From positions 11,569 through 75,568 of the forward strand of contig CAZUBK010000005.1 in NCBI GenBank assembly GCA_964618725.1: DNA of 64,000 nt, in the 5' to 3' direction. The notes under the pieces are model-generated. The model was not told where the DNA came from. It saw only the letters and a program-made list of their open reading frames with translations, and ran no database searches. How positions within the stretch are numbered: the stretch's first letter is position 1; each line of letters starts with the position of its first letter. Below are positions 42,025 to 51,770 of the stretch, piece after piece. Made by a program: the position numbers and the translations under genes. The DNA is from an uncultured Pseudomonadales bacterium (GTDB taxonomy: Bacteria > Patescibacteriota > Microgenomatia > UBA1400 > Chazhemtobacteraceae).

Positions 42025-43341
42025 TTATGTAGCTCTTCCCTTATCTACCCCGTAAAACTTAATCCTGTCACCTCTGAATTGTAGATCCAATGATCGCAAT
42101 GGTCCGTTTCTATGCTTTGCAATATTTAATTTATAATCTTGCAAATTACTATCATCTTCCCTATACAAAAGCATCACCACGTCCGCATCTTGTTCAATGC
42201 TGCCCGACTCGCGTAGATCCGACAATTGCGGTACCTTGGTTCCACGCTGTTCAAATTGTCGCGATAACTGCGCCAATGCCAGTACTGGCACCTTAAGCTC
42301 CCTTGCCATGTTCTTAAGTCCTTGTGACACCGCTCCAACCTCCTGCACACGACTATCATACTTACCATTCCCTACCGCTAACTGGAGATAGTCGACTACG
42401 ATTAGTTTCACCCCCGTCTCCATCTGAAGTCGCCTCGCTTTGGTCCTCATTTCTAAAATAGAGATACCTGGCGTATCATCGATGTACATCGGACTATCGG
42501 CCAGTATTCCCATTGCTTCAGATAGTCGGGTGAATTCATCATCCTTGAGATTCCCCGTCTTCATCTTCCAAGCATCAATATTGGCCTGCCCCACCAACAT
42601 CCTGTCTACCAACTCTGCCACACTCATTTCCAAAGAAAAGAACCCTACGGGTATTTTTTTGTCCACCGCCGCATATTGCGCAATGTTCAAACCCAAACTC
42701 GTTTTCCCCACTCCAGGCCTCGCTGCCAAAATGAGCAGGTTGCTGTCTTGCATTCCAGATAAAGCATCATCAAGATCCTTAATTCCCGTCGTCACCCCCC
42801 TGACTCCCCCACCCGATCGATGCAACTCGTCTAATCGATCAAAGCTCTCCGATAATCCCGCCTTGATATGCATAAAACCCTTCTTGATATTTCGCTGACT
42901 CAAAGAAAAAACCGATTGTTCTGCCTTATCCAGTACTCCCTCTATTTCAGATGCCTCATCAAAAGCCATCTCAGCAATCTCTGACGCCGCAGAAATCATC
43001 TGCCGCTTGATGAAGTGACCTTTAACGATCTTGGCATATCCCGCCACATGTGCCGCCGTTGGCACGCAGTTAACCAACTCCGTCAGATACGAAATTCCTC
43101 CCACCTGTTTTAGATCCTTATTTTTCTTTAGCCACTCTCCCACTGTCACCACGTCAATGGGCTCCCTTCCTTCATACAAAGCCCTCATTGCCTTATAAAT
43201 CGACTGATGTGCATCCTTATAAAACATCTCCGACTCCAAAATCTCTGCCACTTCAATCATCGCATCCCTTGATAAAAGCAGCGCTCCCAAAACCGATCTT
43301 TCAGCGTCTAACGAACTTGGAGGTACTTTCATTAAAGACAT
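42025..43341 (-). CDS. dnaB: Replicative DNA helicase
   Basis: AERSVLGALL, AARPGVGKT, FSLEMS, VDYLQL, LAQLSR, DLRESGSIEQDAD, KHRNGP; no intein. Confidence 0.97.
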   Translation of the reverse strand: MSLMKVPPSSLDAERSVLGALLLSRDAMIEVAEILESEMFYKDAHQSIYKAMRALYEGREPIDVVTVGEWLKKNKDLKQVGGISYLTELVNCVPTAAHVAGYAKIVKGHFIKRQMISAASEIAEMAFDEASEIEGVLDKAEQSVFSLSQRNIKKGFMHIKAGLSESFDRLDELHRSGGGVRGVTTGIKDLDDALSGMQDSNLLILAARPGVGKTSLGLNIAQYAAVDKKIPVGFFSLEMSVAELVDRMLVGQANIDAWKMKTGNLKDDEFTRLSEAMGILADSPMYIDDTPGISILEMRTKARRLQMETGVKLIVVDYLQLAVGNGKYDSRVQEVGAVSQGLKNMARELKVPVLALAQLSRQFEQRGTKVPQLSDLRESGSIEQDADVVMLLYREDDSNLQDYKLNIAKHRNGPLRSLDLQFRGDRIKFYGVDKGRAT

Positions 43342-43367
43342 ATGCCGATTGTAACACCCTAAAAATC

Positions 43368-44027
43368 CTAACTTTCCAGTACGACAATCTCCATTTCCTC
43401 AGGCAAACTCATCTTCATCAAAGTCAACTTTTCCAACCTCTTTACCTCCCCAAATCCTGACTTTTCCAAAAACTCATCCACCGTCACCATTTGGTCAAAT
43501 GAAGCCCCCATAGACGGCCTTTTGTAATGCATTGGCACCACAACCGAAGGGCTTAGTGCATTAATTGTTTCCACCGCCAAACGTGGCCCAATCGTAAACG
43601 TTCCTCCAACCGGAACCAGTAAAACGTCTATCTGACCAACACGCTCAATCTGTTTATCCGACAACTCATGGCCCAAATCACCCAGATGGCAGACAATTAC
43701 TCCGTCAATTTGTATCGTAAAAATTACATTTTCACCTCTCTCTTCCCCTTTCTTATCATCATGTTGACTTCTAATCCCAATTACCCCTACCCCACCGATC
43801 TCGTACTCTCCCGGCCTACTTATCACAAAAGGTTCCGCTCTATTCTCCGTTCCCTTTACTTGATTCACCTGATTATGATCCAGATGTTGATGTGATACCG
43901 TCACTATCTCAGCAGTCACCTTAGGAAAAGGCAACCCCACCATCTTAGAATCAAACGGATCCGTCACCACACTCATTCCCTTACCCTTAAGTCTAAAGCT
44001 GCTGTGTCCTAGGTACTTTATTTCCAT
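43368..44027 (-). CDS. MBL-fold metallo-hydrolase
   Basis: LGHSSF, SHQHLDHN, HLGDLG, PMHY. Confidence 0.9.
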   Translation of the reverse strand: MEIKYLGHSSFRLKGKGMSVVTDPFDSKMVGLPFPKVTAEIVTVSHQHLDHNQVNQVKGTENRAEPFVISRPGEYEIGGVGVIGIRSQHDDKKGEERGENVIFTIQIDGVIVCHLGDLGHELSDKQIERVGQIDVLLVPVGGTFTIGPRLAVETINALSPSVVVPMHYKRPSMGASFDQMVTVDEFLEKSGFGEVKRLEKLTLMKMSLPEEMEIVVLES

Positions 44028-44099
44028 ATCCTGATCTTACCATAGCAACTCGGATCAGAAAATTGAAAATCTCTCTCCACTTTGGTATCCTCCTGACAC

Positions 44100-44528
44100 A
44101 TGCGTAAAGAAATCATCCTCGCCATTATTATTGGTCTGGTTTTTGGCCTTATCATCACTTTTGGTATCTATTTTGCCAATCGCTCCACTTCTGCACTAAA
44201 TAATCAGGACCAAGCCATAATCACTCCTACTCCCTCCCCCACAATACAAGACAACCTCCTCTCCCTCACCTCCCTTTCGGATGGAGATATCTTTAGTGAT
44301 TCTGTGGCCACCATTTCCGGAAGTATCAAAGATGGAGTAACTCTCGTCATTATTTCTGAAAACAATGAACTCTTTATCACTCCCAAAAATAAGCGTTTCT
44401 CGGAAGAAATAATGCTTGTTCCCGGCGCTAATCTCATCCAAATTACTGCTCTGTCTCGCGACAATCAGCGTCAAGAAGTATTCTTAAACTTGGTTTATAC
44501 CAATGCTCAATTAGACACCGATAAATGA
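44100..44528 (+). CDS. Membrane-anchored protein with Ig-like domain
   Basis: N-terminal TM, TPTPSPT linker, beta-rich ISG...L.PGANLIQITA. Confidence 0.7.
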   Translation: MRKEIILAIIIGLVFGLIITFGIYFANRSTSALNNQDQAIITPTPSPTIQDNLLSLTSLSDGDIFSDSVATISGSIKDGVTLVIISENNELFITPKNKRFSEEIMLVPGANLIQITALSRDNQRQEVFLNLVYTNAQLDTDK

Positions 44529-45319
44529 ATAAACTAACTACCCTTATTCTCTCTTTAGTCTTTTTTCTTAGCCTCTCTTTCTCTATCTCATTTGCCCAGG
44601 ACGACGCCAGCTCTTCAGGCACGAACTTACAAGAAATCCAAAAGTCTCTTCAAGAAAGAATTAAAAAAGCGATTAAGGGCGAAAATACAGAATCTCCTCA
44701 ACTTAAAGCCTTTGTCGGCACTATTTCCTCAATTGCGGAAAACACTATTGCCCTGACCACCAATCAACAGCAAACCAAACACGCCTCGATTTCCACTAAC
44801 ACACAACTCTTACGAGACAACAAACCCGTCAAGCTAGATTCCTTGAAAATCGGTGAAGGCATCATTGCCATGGGTCTCACCACCGATTTCCAAACACAAG
44901 ACTCACTCCGTATTGTCTTGTTTGAACCTACTGAACCTACTTCCTCTCGCCGCGTTGTCCTTGGTACCATCACCAAACTCGACTCCAAAAAACAAGAGCT
45001 CACTCTATCTACGACATCCTCCACCCCTCTTATTCTTGGCTATACTTCCAAATCCAGCTTTCTTGATTCTACTCTAAATAAAATCAAGCTTTCCTCGCTT
45101 GAAGAAGGCAATCTCATTATTGCCATCATCAGTACTAATCTCAAAAAAGACACCAACACCCTACTCAAGCTTCTCAATACCGGACAGACTCAGATTCTCC
45201 CTTCTTCACCCACTAGTGGTAACTGTGGAGATGGCGTCTGTCAAAACATCGTTTGCCAAGGCATCGGTTGCCCCAAGGAAGAAACTCCCGAAACCTGCCC
45301 CGTCGACTGTACTCAGTAA
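44525..45319 (+). CDS. Secreted protein with two OB-like repeats and Cys-rich tail
   Basis: Signal peptide; repeated GTI...L..G..IIA unit; CGDGVC...CPVDC tail. Confidence 0.7.
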   Translation: MNKLTTLILSLVFFLSLSFSISFAQDDASSSGTNLQEIQKSLQERIKKAIKGENTESPQLKAFVGTISSIAENTIALTTNQQQTKHASISTNTQLLRDNKPVKLDSLKIGEGIIAMGLTTDFQTQDSLRIVLFEPTEPTSSRRVVLGTITKLDSKKQELTLSTTSSTPLILGYTSKSSFLDSTLNKIKLSSLEEGNLIIAIISTNLKKDTNTLLKLLNTGQTQILPSSPTSGNCGDGVCQNIVCQGIGCPKEETPETCPVDCTQ

Positions 45320-45343
45320 GCCTAGAGCTGTTACAATCATCAC

Positions 45344-46645
45344 ATGAAGAACATATCAAACCTACCATCCAAAGGAACATATGATTGGTACCCGAAAGAA
45401 TTGGCCGTCCGCAAATACATATTCGACACCTGGAGGTCAGTTTGCCAAAGCTTCGGCTATCAAGAATATCTCACTCCACTTGTAGAATCAGCCGATCTAT
45501 ACAGAGCCAAATCTGGTGAAGATGTGGGTGGTTCAGAGTTGACTGTTTTCCAAGATCGCGGCGGCCGAGACCTAGCCATTCGCCCCGAAATGACTCCATC
45601 AGTCACTAGACTCATCTCCAGAATCTATCAAGACACACCTAAACCAATTCGTTACTTTTCCATTGCCAACTTCTACAGAAATGAAAAACCTCAACGTGGC
45701 AGAAACCGCGAGTTCTGGCAACTAAACTTTGACATTTTCGGTAGCCACTCATTACTTGCAGATCTCGAGGTCCTACAAATGGCGCTTGAGATTATGCTCG
45801 CCTTCAACCCTCCAAAGAACTCATTCATGCTTAACCTTAATAACAGAAAGCTAATTGAAGCTGTACTTCCTCAAGTAGATCCTTCTGTCAGAGTTGAGGT
45901 GATAAGAACGCTAGACAAAGAAGAAAAGCTTTCAGAGACAGATTTCAAAACTCGCCTGAAAGATCTTGGTCTCACTGATGAGCAAATCTTTGACTTGTAT
46001 CTCTTCATCACAAGCGATTCTGCCAAAGAACTGATTCAAAAGCTACCAAAACTTGCACAAAACGAGGGGTATCTTGAATCAATACAGCTAATAGAGCAAC
46101 TTAAAACACTTGGATATTCCGATTGGGTCCAATTCCGACCTAACGTCATTCGCGGTTTCGATTACTACGACGGAATGGTTTTTGAGGTTTTCGACAAAAA
46201 TCCATTAAACTCAAGATCCCTTTTTGGAGGGGGGCGATATAACGGTCTAGCTAGTATCTTTGGCTCACAATCCTTTCCTGCCGTTGGTTGTGCACCTGGC
46301 GATGAAACGACCAAACTTTTTCTTGAAAGCTGGAATCTGATTCCCAACCTCACACCTATTCCCACAAAAGTCCTGGTCACCATTTTCTCTCCCAACCTCC
46401 AAGGTGACTCGCTCAAACTTGCCAATACACTTCGCCAAAAAGGCATTAACACCGAGCTTTTTCCCAACCCAGAAGAAAAAATTGATAAACAACTAAAATA
46501 CGCAGACAAAAACGAGATTCCCTACGTCGCCATTCTCGGCGAGGAAGAGGTTAAAACGGGCACTGTCGTCCTCAAGGACATGCGCACCCGAGAACAAAAA
46601 ACTCTTCTTCCAACAGAGCTCCTCGCCAGTCTTCAAATCCGCTAA
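45344..46645 (+). CDS. hisS: Histidine--tRNA ligase
   Basis: KGTYD, RPEMT, RNEKPQRGRNREFWQ, RGFDYY, GGGRYNGL, anticodon domain KQLKYADK. Confidence 0.97.
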   Translation: MKNISNLPSKGTYDWYPKELAVRKYIFDTWRSVCQSFGYQEYLTPLVESADLYRAKSGEDVGGSELTVFQDRGGRDLAIRPEMTPSVTRLISRIYQDTPKPIRYFSIANFYRNEKPQRGRNREFWQLNFDIFGSHSLLADLEVLQMALEIMLAFNPPKNSFMLNLNNRKLIEAVLPQVDPSVRVEVIRTLDKEEKLSETDFKTRLKDLGLTDEQIFDLYLFITSDSAKELIQKLPKLAQNEGYLESIQLIEQLKTLGYSDWVQFRPNVIRGFDYYDGMVFEVFDKNPLNSRSLFGGGRYNGLASIFGSQSFPAVGCAPGDETTKLFLESWNLIPNLTPIPTKVLVTIFSPNLQGDSLKLANTLRQKGINTELFPNPEEKIDKQLKYADKNEIPYVAILGEEEVKTGTVVLKDMRTREQKTLLPTELLASLQIR

Positions 46646-46654
46646 ACTTATCCT

Positions 46655-47575
46655 GTGCCTGCCAAACATCAATCACGCTATCTCGGATATCTCGCCCTCC
46701 TCGGAAACACCATACTCTGGGGATTGGCCATTCCCATCGTCAAAAAGGGCTTTGATGGAGGTCTTTCTCCCACCTTTTTCCTTCTCTCTCGCTTTTATCT
46801 CGCCATCCTTTTCTCCCTACCCATCGTCTACGCCCTTAAAAACAGAACTAATACAAAAAAAACTTTCAAACAGTTCCTCCCCGTCCTTCTAATTGAGTTT
46901 CTCGGCAATGCCCTCGCTCTTTTCTTTCTTTATGAAGGAGTCAAACAAACTAGTGCCGTCGAAAGCTCTCTCATTGCTTCCGCCTGGCCCATTTTCACTG
47001 TACTCGGTGGTGTTTTCTTTCTCAAAGAAAAAGAACAAAAGCACGAAGTCCTTGGTCTATCTCTCGCTCTTGTCGGTACTTTTCTCCTCGTCGGCCGCCC
47101 CCTTCTCACCAACCACAGCAGCGGTAGCAGTCTCACCGGTAATTTCCTCGTCCTCGCCCACGATATTACCACCGCCACTTACACCCTTCTCGCCAAGCGT
47201 TTTTACAAATCCCTCAATCTCTGGACCGTTTCTCATCTAAGCTTTTGGGGCGGAGCCGTTAGTTTCACCACCCTTTTCATTATTCAGGGTCATTCCCTCT
47301 CTAATCAACTCAACTCAATTTTCCTGAATCCTAGTCCCTGGCCACTTCTCTCCATCCTTTATATGGCTATCTTTGGCTCAATCGTCGGCCTAACTCTTTA
47401 TCTCATCGGTCAAAACAAAATCGAGGCCTCCGAGGCCTCACTTTTCACCTATCTCCAACCCATTATCGCTATCCCCGCCTCCATCTTCCTTCTCTCTGAA
47501 ACTATCCAACCACTTGAGATTCTCGCCATCGTCATTACTATCTTAGGCGTCTACATCGCCGAAAAACGAACTTAA
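46655..47575 (+). CDS. EamA/DMT family transporter
   Basis: About 10 TM in two EamA repeats (ILWG..., ASLFTYLQP). Confidence 0.9.
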   Translation: MPAKHQSRYLGYLALLGNTILWGLAIPIVKKGFDGGLSPTFFLLSRFYLAILFSLPIVYALKNRTNTKKTFKQFLPVLLIEFLGNALALFFLYEGVKQTSAVESSLIASAWPIFTVLGGVFFLKEKEQKHEVLGLSLALVGTFLLVGRPLLTNHSSGSSLTGNFLVLAHDITTATYTLLAKRFYKSLNLWTVSHLSFWGGAVSFTTLFIIQGHSLSNQLNSIFLNPSPWPLLSILYMAIFGSIVGLTLYLIGQNKIEASEASLFTYLQPIIAIPASIFLLSETIQPLEILAIVITILGVYIAEKRT

Positions 47576-47614
47576 CCTTTCTTTTTCAGCCACACTCATG
47601 ATAAAATGAATACG

Positions 47615-47911
47615 ATGAAATCCCAAATCCATCCCAACTCATATCAAGATACCATAGTTACCTGCGCTTGCGGTAATACTTTTACTACCTCCTCAACCCA
47701 AAAGGAGATAAAAGTCGATATCTGTAGCAACTGCCACCCCTTCTACACCGGCGAACAACGCTTTGTCGATACTCAGGGCCAGGTCGAGAAATTCCGTCTC
47801 AAGATGGAAGCCGCCAGCGGCTACCAACCGAAAAAAAGAAGTAACAATAACGTTGATACCTACGTTTCTCCCAAATCTCTTAAAGAAATGCTTTCTGTTA
47901 AGAAGGCCTAG
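47615..47911 (+). CDS. rpmE: 50S ribosomal protein L31 (zinc-binding type)
   Basis: MKSQIHP...CACG...[12 protein letters not shown]; start at 47615, 7 nt after TAAAAT. Confidence 0.95.
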   Translation: MKSQIHPNSYQDTIVTCACGNTFTTSSTQKEIKVDICSNCHPFYTGEQRFVDTQGQVEKFRLKMEAASGYQPKKRSNNNVDTYVSPKSLKEMLSVKKA

Positions 47912-47959
47912 ACTTCCCTTTCTCTCCACTCCCTACATTTTAGAGAGTACACTCAATCC

Positions 47960-48880
47960 ATGGATACATATCTCACCAAACAAATCGACGATCTGAAACA
48001 AAAGGTCGAAGAAAATCGATTACTCTTAGCCGATCCAACCCTTCAAACCTTGGCCAAAGAGGAAATTAATCGCCTGACGAAAGAAATAGACGCTCTCACC
48101 CTCTCCCTTAATCAAATCAGTAACGTCGAGTCAATCGGTCTGAAAGACGATCCCTTTCCTCGCTCGTCTGCCACTATCGAGATTCGTGCCGCCGCCGGCG
48201 GTGATGAAGCTAAGATCTTTGGCAAGGACTTACTTGAGATGTATGTTCGTTTCGCCAATCTTATCGGTTTCAAAGTTGATCAAATTGATGAAGGCATCGT
48301 CAAAATCACCGGCAAATCTACCGATCCCTCTTGGAAACTCTTCCCTTATAACACCTTCAAATATGAAGCCGGGGTTCATCGCGTTCAACGTGTCCCCACT
48401 ACCGAATCTGCCGGCAGAATCCATACCTCTACTGCCACTGTTGCCGTCTTGCCTGAAATCTCTCCTCGTCAAGTTGAAGTCAAAGACACTGATCTAGAAT
48501 GGGCCTTCTCTCGTGCCGGCGGTCCAGGCGGACAAAACGTCAACAAAGTTAGTACTGCCGTTCGCTTAACCTACAAACCAACTGGCGAAGTCATTGCTGT
48601 TCGAGAGGAACGCTACCAGCAACAGAACAAAGAAATAGCACTTGAGCTACTCCGTCAACGCCTCTGGGAACGCGAACAAGAAAACTCGCTCAATCAAATA
48701 AAGGAAAATCGTGCTAACGCTGTTGGCACCGGCCAACGTGCCGAAAAGATACGAACCTACAACTTTCCTCAAAATCGCCTCACCGATCATCGAATCAGGA
48801 AATCCTGGTACTCCCTAGACAGAATCATCCAAGGTAATCTCAAAGAAGTCATCCAAACCGTCCACGAACAAAAAGACTAA
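47960..48880 (+). CDS. prfA: Peptide chain release factor 1 (N-terminally reduced)
   Basis: [22 protein letters not shown] (PxT), [15 protein letters not shown]. Confidence 0.95.
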   Translation: MDTYLTKQIDDLKQKVEENRLLLADPTLQTLAKEEINRLTKEIDALTLSLNQISNVESIGLKDDPFPRSSATIEIRAAAGGDEAKIFGKDLLEMYVRFANLIGFKVDQIDEGIVKITGKSTDPSWKLFPYNTFKYEAGVHRVQRVPTTESAGRIHTSTATVAVLPEISPRQVEVKDTDLEWAFSRAGGPGGQNVNKVSTAVRLTYKPTGEVIAVREERYQQQNKEIALELLRQRLWEREQENSLNQIKENRANAVGTGQRAEKIRTYNFPQNRLTDHRIRKSWYSLDRIIQGNLKEVIQTVHEQKD

Positions 48881-50038
48881 TCAATCCTCACTCTCTTCTA
48901 GTACTGCCTTTACTTCAATCTCCTTCCCCTCTCTCCAAAGTTTCATTTCCAATATCTCCCCCACTTTTTTCTGATTAATAATCGATACCAAACCATCCTC
49001 AACATCCTTCAACTCCTTTCCATCCGCCTCAAGAAGGATGTCTCCTAATCTGATTTTTGCTTTTGCCGCTGGTGAAGTCTTCAATACCGCTTCTACGTAT
49101 GCTCCTTGTGGCACATCATTAAGTATTGCCGTTTCCTGATTAATCATTCTGTATCTTACTCCTAGGAATGGCCTGCTAAATCTCCCGGTTGTCTCAAAGT
49201 TGTCAAGGGACGTTTTAAGCTCATTTATTGGTATTGCAAATCCTATGTTTTGCCCATTCCCTGATACCGCCACATTGATTCCGATCACCTGCCCAGCTGA
49301 GTTAAGAAGCGGCCCCCCAGAATTGCCCAAATTAATTGCTGCGTCAGTTTGTATCACATTGTCTAACCTCTCAGAATTAAATACATCTCCCGCTGTGATT
49401 CCTCTTCCCAAACCCGAAATGACTCCAGTTGTTACCGTCTGGCGAAACTCACCCAACGCCGTCCCAATCGCAATCACAAACTGCCCCGCCTTTAACTGAT
49501 TCGAGTCACCCAACTCAAGTGGCGACAGATCCTCTCCACCCTCTATCTGAAGTATTGCCAAATCATTAAGTGGATCTCGATAGATCTTTTCCACTACATA
49601 CTCTTTATCATCTTCTCCTATCACCTTGTAAGTTACCTCCCTATCAACCACTACATGTTTGTTTGTGATCACCAATCCTCCCTCAATAACAAAACCGGTC
49701 GCGATGTCATGTTGAACCAAACTCATCTCGCCCTCTGGCACATTCATCATCCCAAAGGGGCCAAAAGTGATCTCGGAAGTCCCTTCTTCAGAGACTGAGG
49801 CAATCGTCACCACCGACGGACTAGCTCTCTCAACTACTTCTACTACTACTCCTTCTTCCTTAAGAATCTTTTGTGTCACCAAATTATCCTTCCCATCAGG
49901 CAATCTGAATCCCCCCACTCCCAAACCAAGAACGTAATCTAGCGGTCTAATGACAAACAACCGGTCAGCGATTGCCCCACCTATTGCACTAAAAAGCACT
50001 AAAATAGATACCCCCAACCCAAGAAGAAAGTTCTTCAT
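48881..50038 (-). CDS. HtrA/DegP-family serine protease with PDZ domain
   Basis: TNKHVV, DLAIL, IQTDAAIN.GNSGGPL, one PDZ. Confidence 0.93.
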   Translation of the reverse strand: MKNFLLGLGVSILVLFSAIGGAIADRLFVIRPLDYVLGLGVGGFRLPDGKDNLVTQKILKEEGVVVEVVERASPSVVTIASVSEEGTSEITFGPFGMMNVPEGEMSLVQHDIATGFVIEGGLVITNKHVVVDREVTYKVIGEDDKEYVVEKIYRDPLNDLAILQIEGGEDLSPLELGDSNQLKAGQFVIAIGTALGEFRQTVTTGVISGLGRGITAGDVFNSERLDNVIQTDAAINLGNSGGPLLNSAGQVIGINVAVSGNGQNIGFAIPINELKTSLDNFETTGRFSRPFLGVRYRMINQETAILNDVPQGAYVEAVLKTSPAAKAKIRLGDILLEADGKELKDVEDGLVSIINQKKVGEILEMKLWREGKEIEVKAVLEESED

Positions 50039-50055
50039 GAACTAAATATAACTAC

Positions 50056-50424
50056 TTACTCAGCGATCTTCAACCCAAGCTCAGCCGCAGATTCTTTATT
50101 CTCAGTACTCCAGATTACCTGACCTCGCTCACTAACAATTACTTCGCCCTCATCAATAATATCCTCAACGCTACTAGGCCTTTCCTCCCCATAAATGTAC
50201 AGGTTTCCATCTCTAGTACGAAGATATTTACCTTCCATCTCGTCACCATTTAGGTGTTCCAAATGACCCATCCCCTGCCGCAATCGTCTGATCGCCACTC
50301 TCAAATCCTCAGCTGTCACCTTTTCCCCCTCATTCCCTAATCCAAGAATCAAGACTTCTCCACCCTCTCCAACACGTTCCCAACGAAATAACGGTGTCTC
50401 TAAACCCATTCTTTGTTCTGTCAT
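50056..50424 (-). CDS. Hypothetical protein
   Basis: 122-aa ORF co-oriented between ctpA and htrA. Confidence 0.6.
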   Translation of the reverse strand: MTEQRMGLETPLFRWERVGEGGEVLILGLGNEGEKVTAEDLRVAIRRLRQGMGHLEHLNGDEMEGKYLRTRDGNLYIYGEERPSSVEDIIDEGEVIVSERGQVIWSTENKESAAELGLKIAE

Positions 50425-50460
50425 ATTTTGATGAAATCACTTTGAACCATCAAAGTCAAT

Positions 50461-51735
50461 CTACTGCAATTCCTCTATGGCCCTAATCAGTTGCGTATCC
50501 ACGCTCGCGTCAGCCGACGAGGTCGACTGCTTTACTTCCACATCCGGCATCAGTCCTTCCTTGTGAATATTCTTCCCACTCGGTAACAACCATTTCGCTA
50601 TCGTCACATGTAGTCCTGCCCCTCCAGGTAAGTCTTGTGCCTCTTGTACTGTACCTTTACCAAAAGTCTTCTCACCGATTAATTTCACTTTAAGTTGATC
50701 CCGTAGCGCTCCCGCCAATATCTCTGAGGCCGAGGCCGAGCCACGATTAACCAACACCACAAACTTCTTTCCAATCAGTTTCCCTTTATGGTTAACAGTA
50801 AAAGTCTCTGTTTCATATTTTCCTTGTTGTTTCACCACTACCCCACTGGGAATAAACTCGGACGCCAAATCGATTGCTCGTTGCAAGAAACCACCCGGAT
50901 TATTTCTCAAATCTAGGACGATACCCGACAGACCTTTCCGAGCCAATATCTTGTCTATCGACTGCTGCCACTCCTCCGCCGTCTTCTCTCCAAATCGAAT
51001 CACCCTAAGATGAGCAAACTTAGCCGTTTCACTCTCTTTACCTCCTTCGTCAACAAACTTGATCTCAACCGAGGGCACCACAATAATGTCTCTGACTAAG
51101 CTAACTTCAAATGCTCCCCCGTTCCCCTCTCGAAAAATTGTTAAAACTACCTCGCTCCCCTTCGGACCTCGTATTATATTCACCGCCTCCTGAAGATTCA
51201 TTCCCTCCGTATCTATATCAACATTCTTCTTTACATCCTTAATGTGTAATATCAAATCTCCTGCTTTCAATCCCGCTTTATCCGCCGGCAACCCCGGCAA
51301 AGGCGACATCACCCCCAACGTCTTGTCAATGTAACCAAGTTGGATTCCCACCCCAGCAAATTCGCCTGCCAAGTCCTCTCTACTCTGCTTGTTTTCCGTC
51401 GGTGGTAAGAATGACGTATAAGGATCATCCAAGGCCGCTGTCATACCTCCAATCGCTCCATATACCATCTTCTGAGAGTCAAGCGCCTCAGCATCAAGAT
51501 AATCCGCCTCCAATCGATCCCAAACTTTCCAAAACAAATCAAAATCAACCCGTCTGCCGTTCGGAGTCTCTTTGTTTACAATGGTCTGCAAAGTAGACAA
51601 CTTTGTCCTCGCCTTTACCTCTCCGGCTCTCACTCCCCCCAAAAAACCGCCAATACCAAAGACAGTCGCAACCAACATAACCAGAAGTACCTGTCTAACT
51701 TTTTTCAAGCTTATTTTCTTAGTTTCCACAGTCAT
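50461..51735 (-). CDS. ctpA: Carboxyl-terminal processing protease (S41)
   Basis: LDDPYT, PDZ, DLRNNPGG, SASASEILAGAL, TFGKGTVQ. Confidence 0.93.
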   Translation of the reverse strand: MTVETKKISLKKVRQVLLVMLVATVFGIGGFLGGVRAGEVKARTKLSTLQTIVNKETPNGRRVDFDLFWKVWDRLEADYLDAEALDSQKMVYGAIGGMTAALDDPYTSFLPPTENKQSREDLAGEFAGVGIQLGYIDKTLGVMSPLPGLPADKAGLKAGDLILHIKDVKKNVDIDTEGMNLQEAVNIIRGPKGSEVVLTIFREGNGGAFEVSLVRDIIVVPSVEIKFVDEGGKESETAKFAHLRVIRFGEKTAEEWQQSIDKILARKGLSGIVLDLRNNPGGFLQRAIDLASEFIPSGVVVKQQGKYETETFTVNHKGKLIGKKFVVLVNRGSASASEILAGALRDQLKVKLIGEKTFGKGTVQEAQDLPGGAGLHVTIAKWLLPSGKNIHKEGLMPDVEVKQSTSSADASVDTQLIRAIEELQ

Positions 51736-51770
51736 TCATTGTATATAAAACAACCGTACAAATACAACCT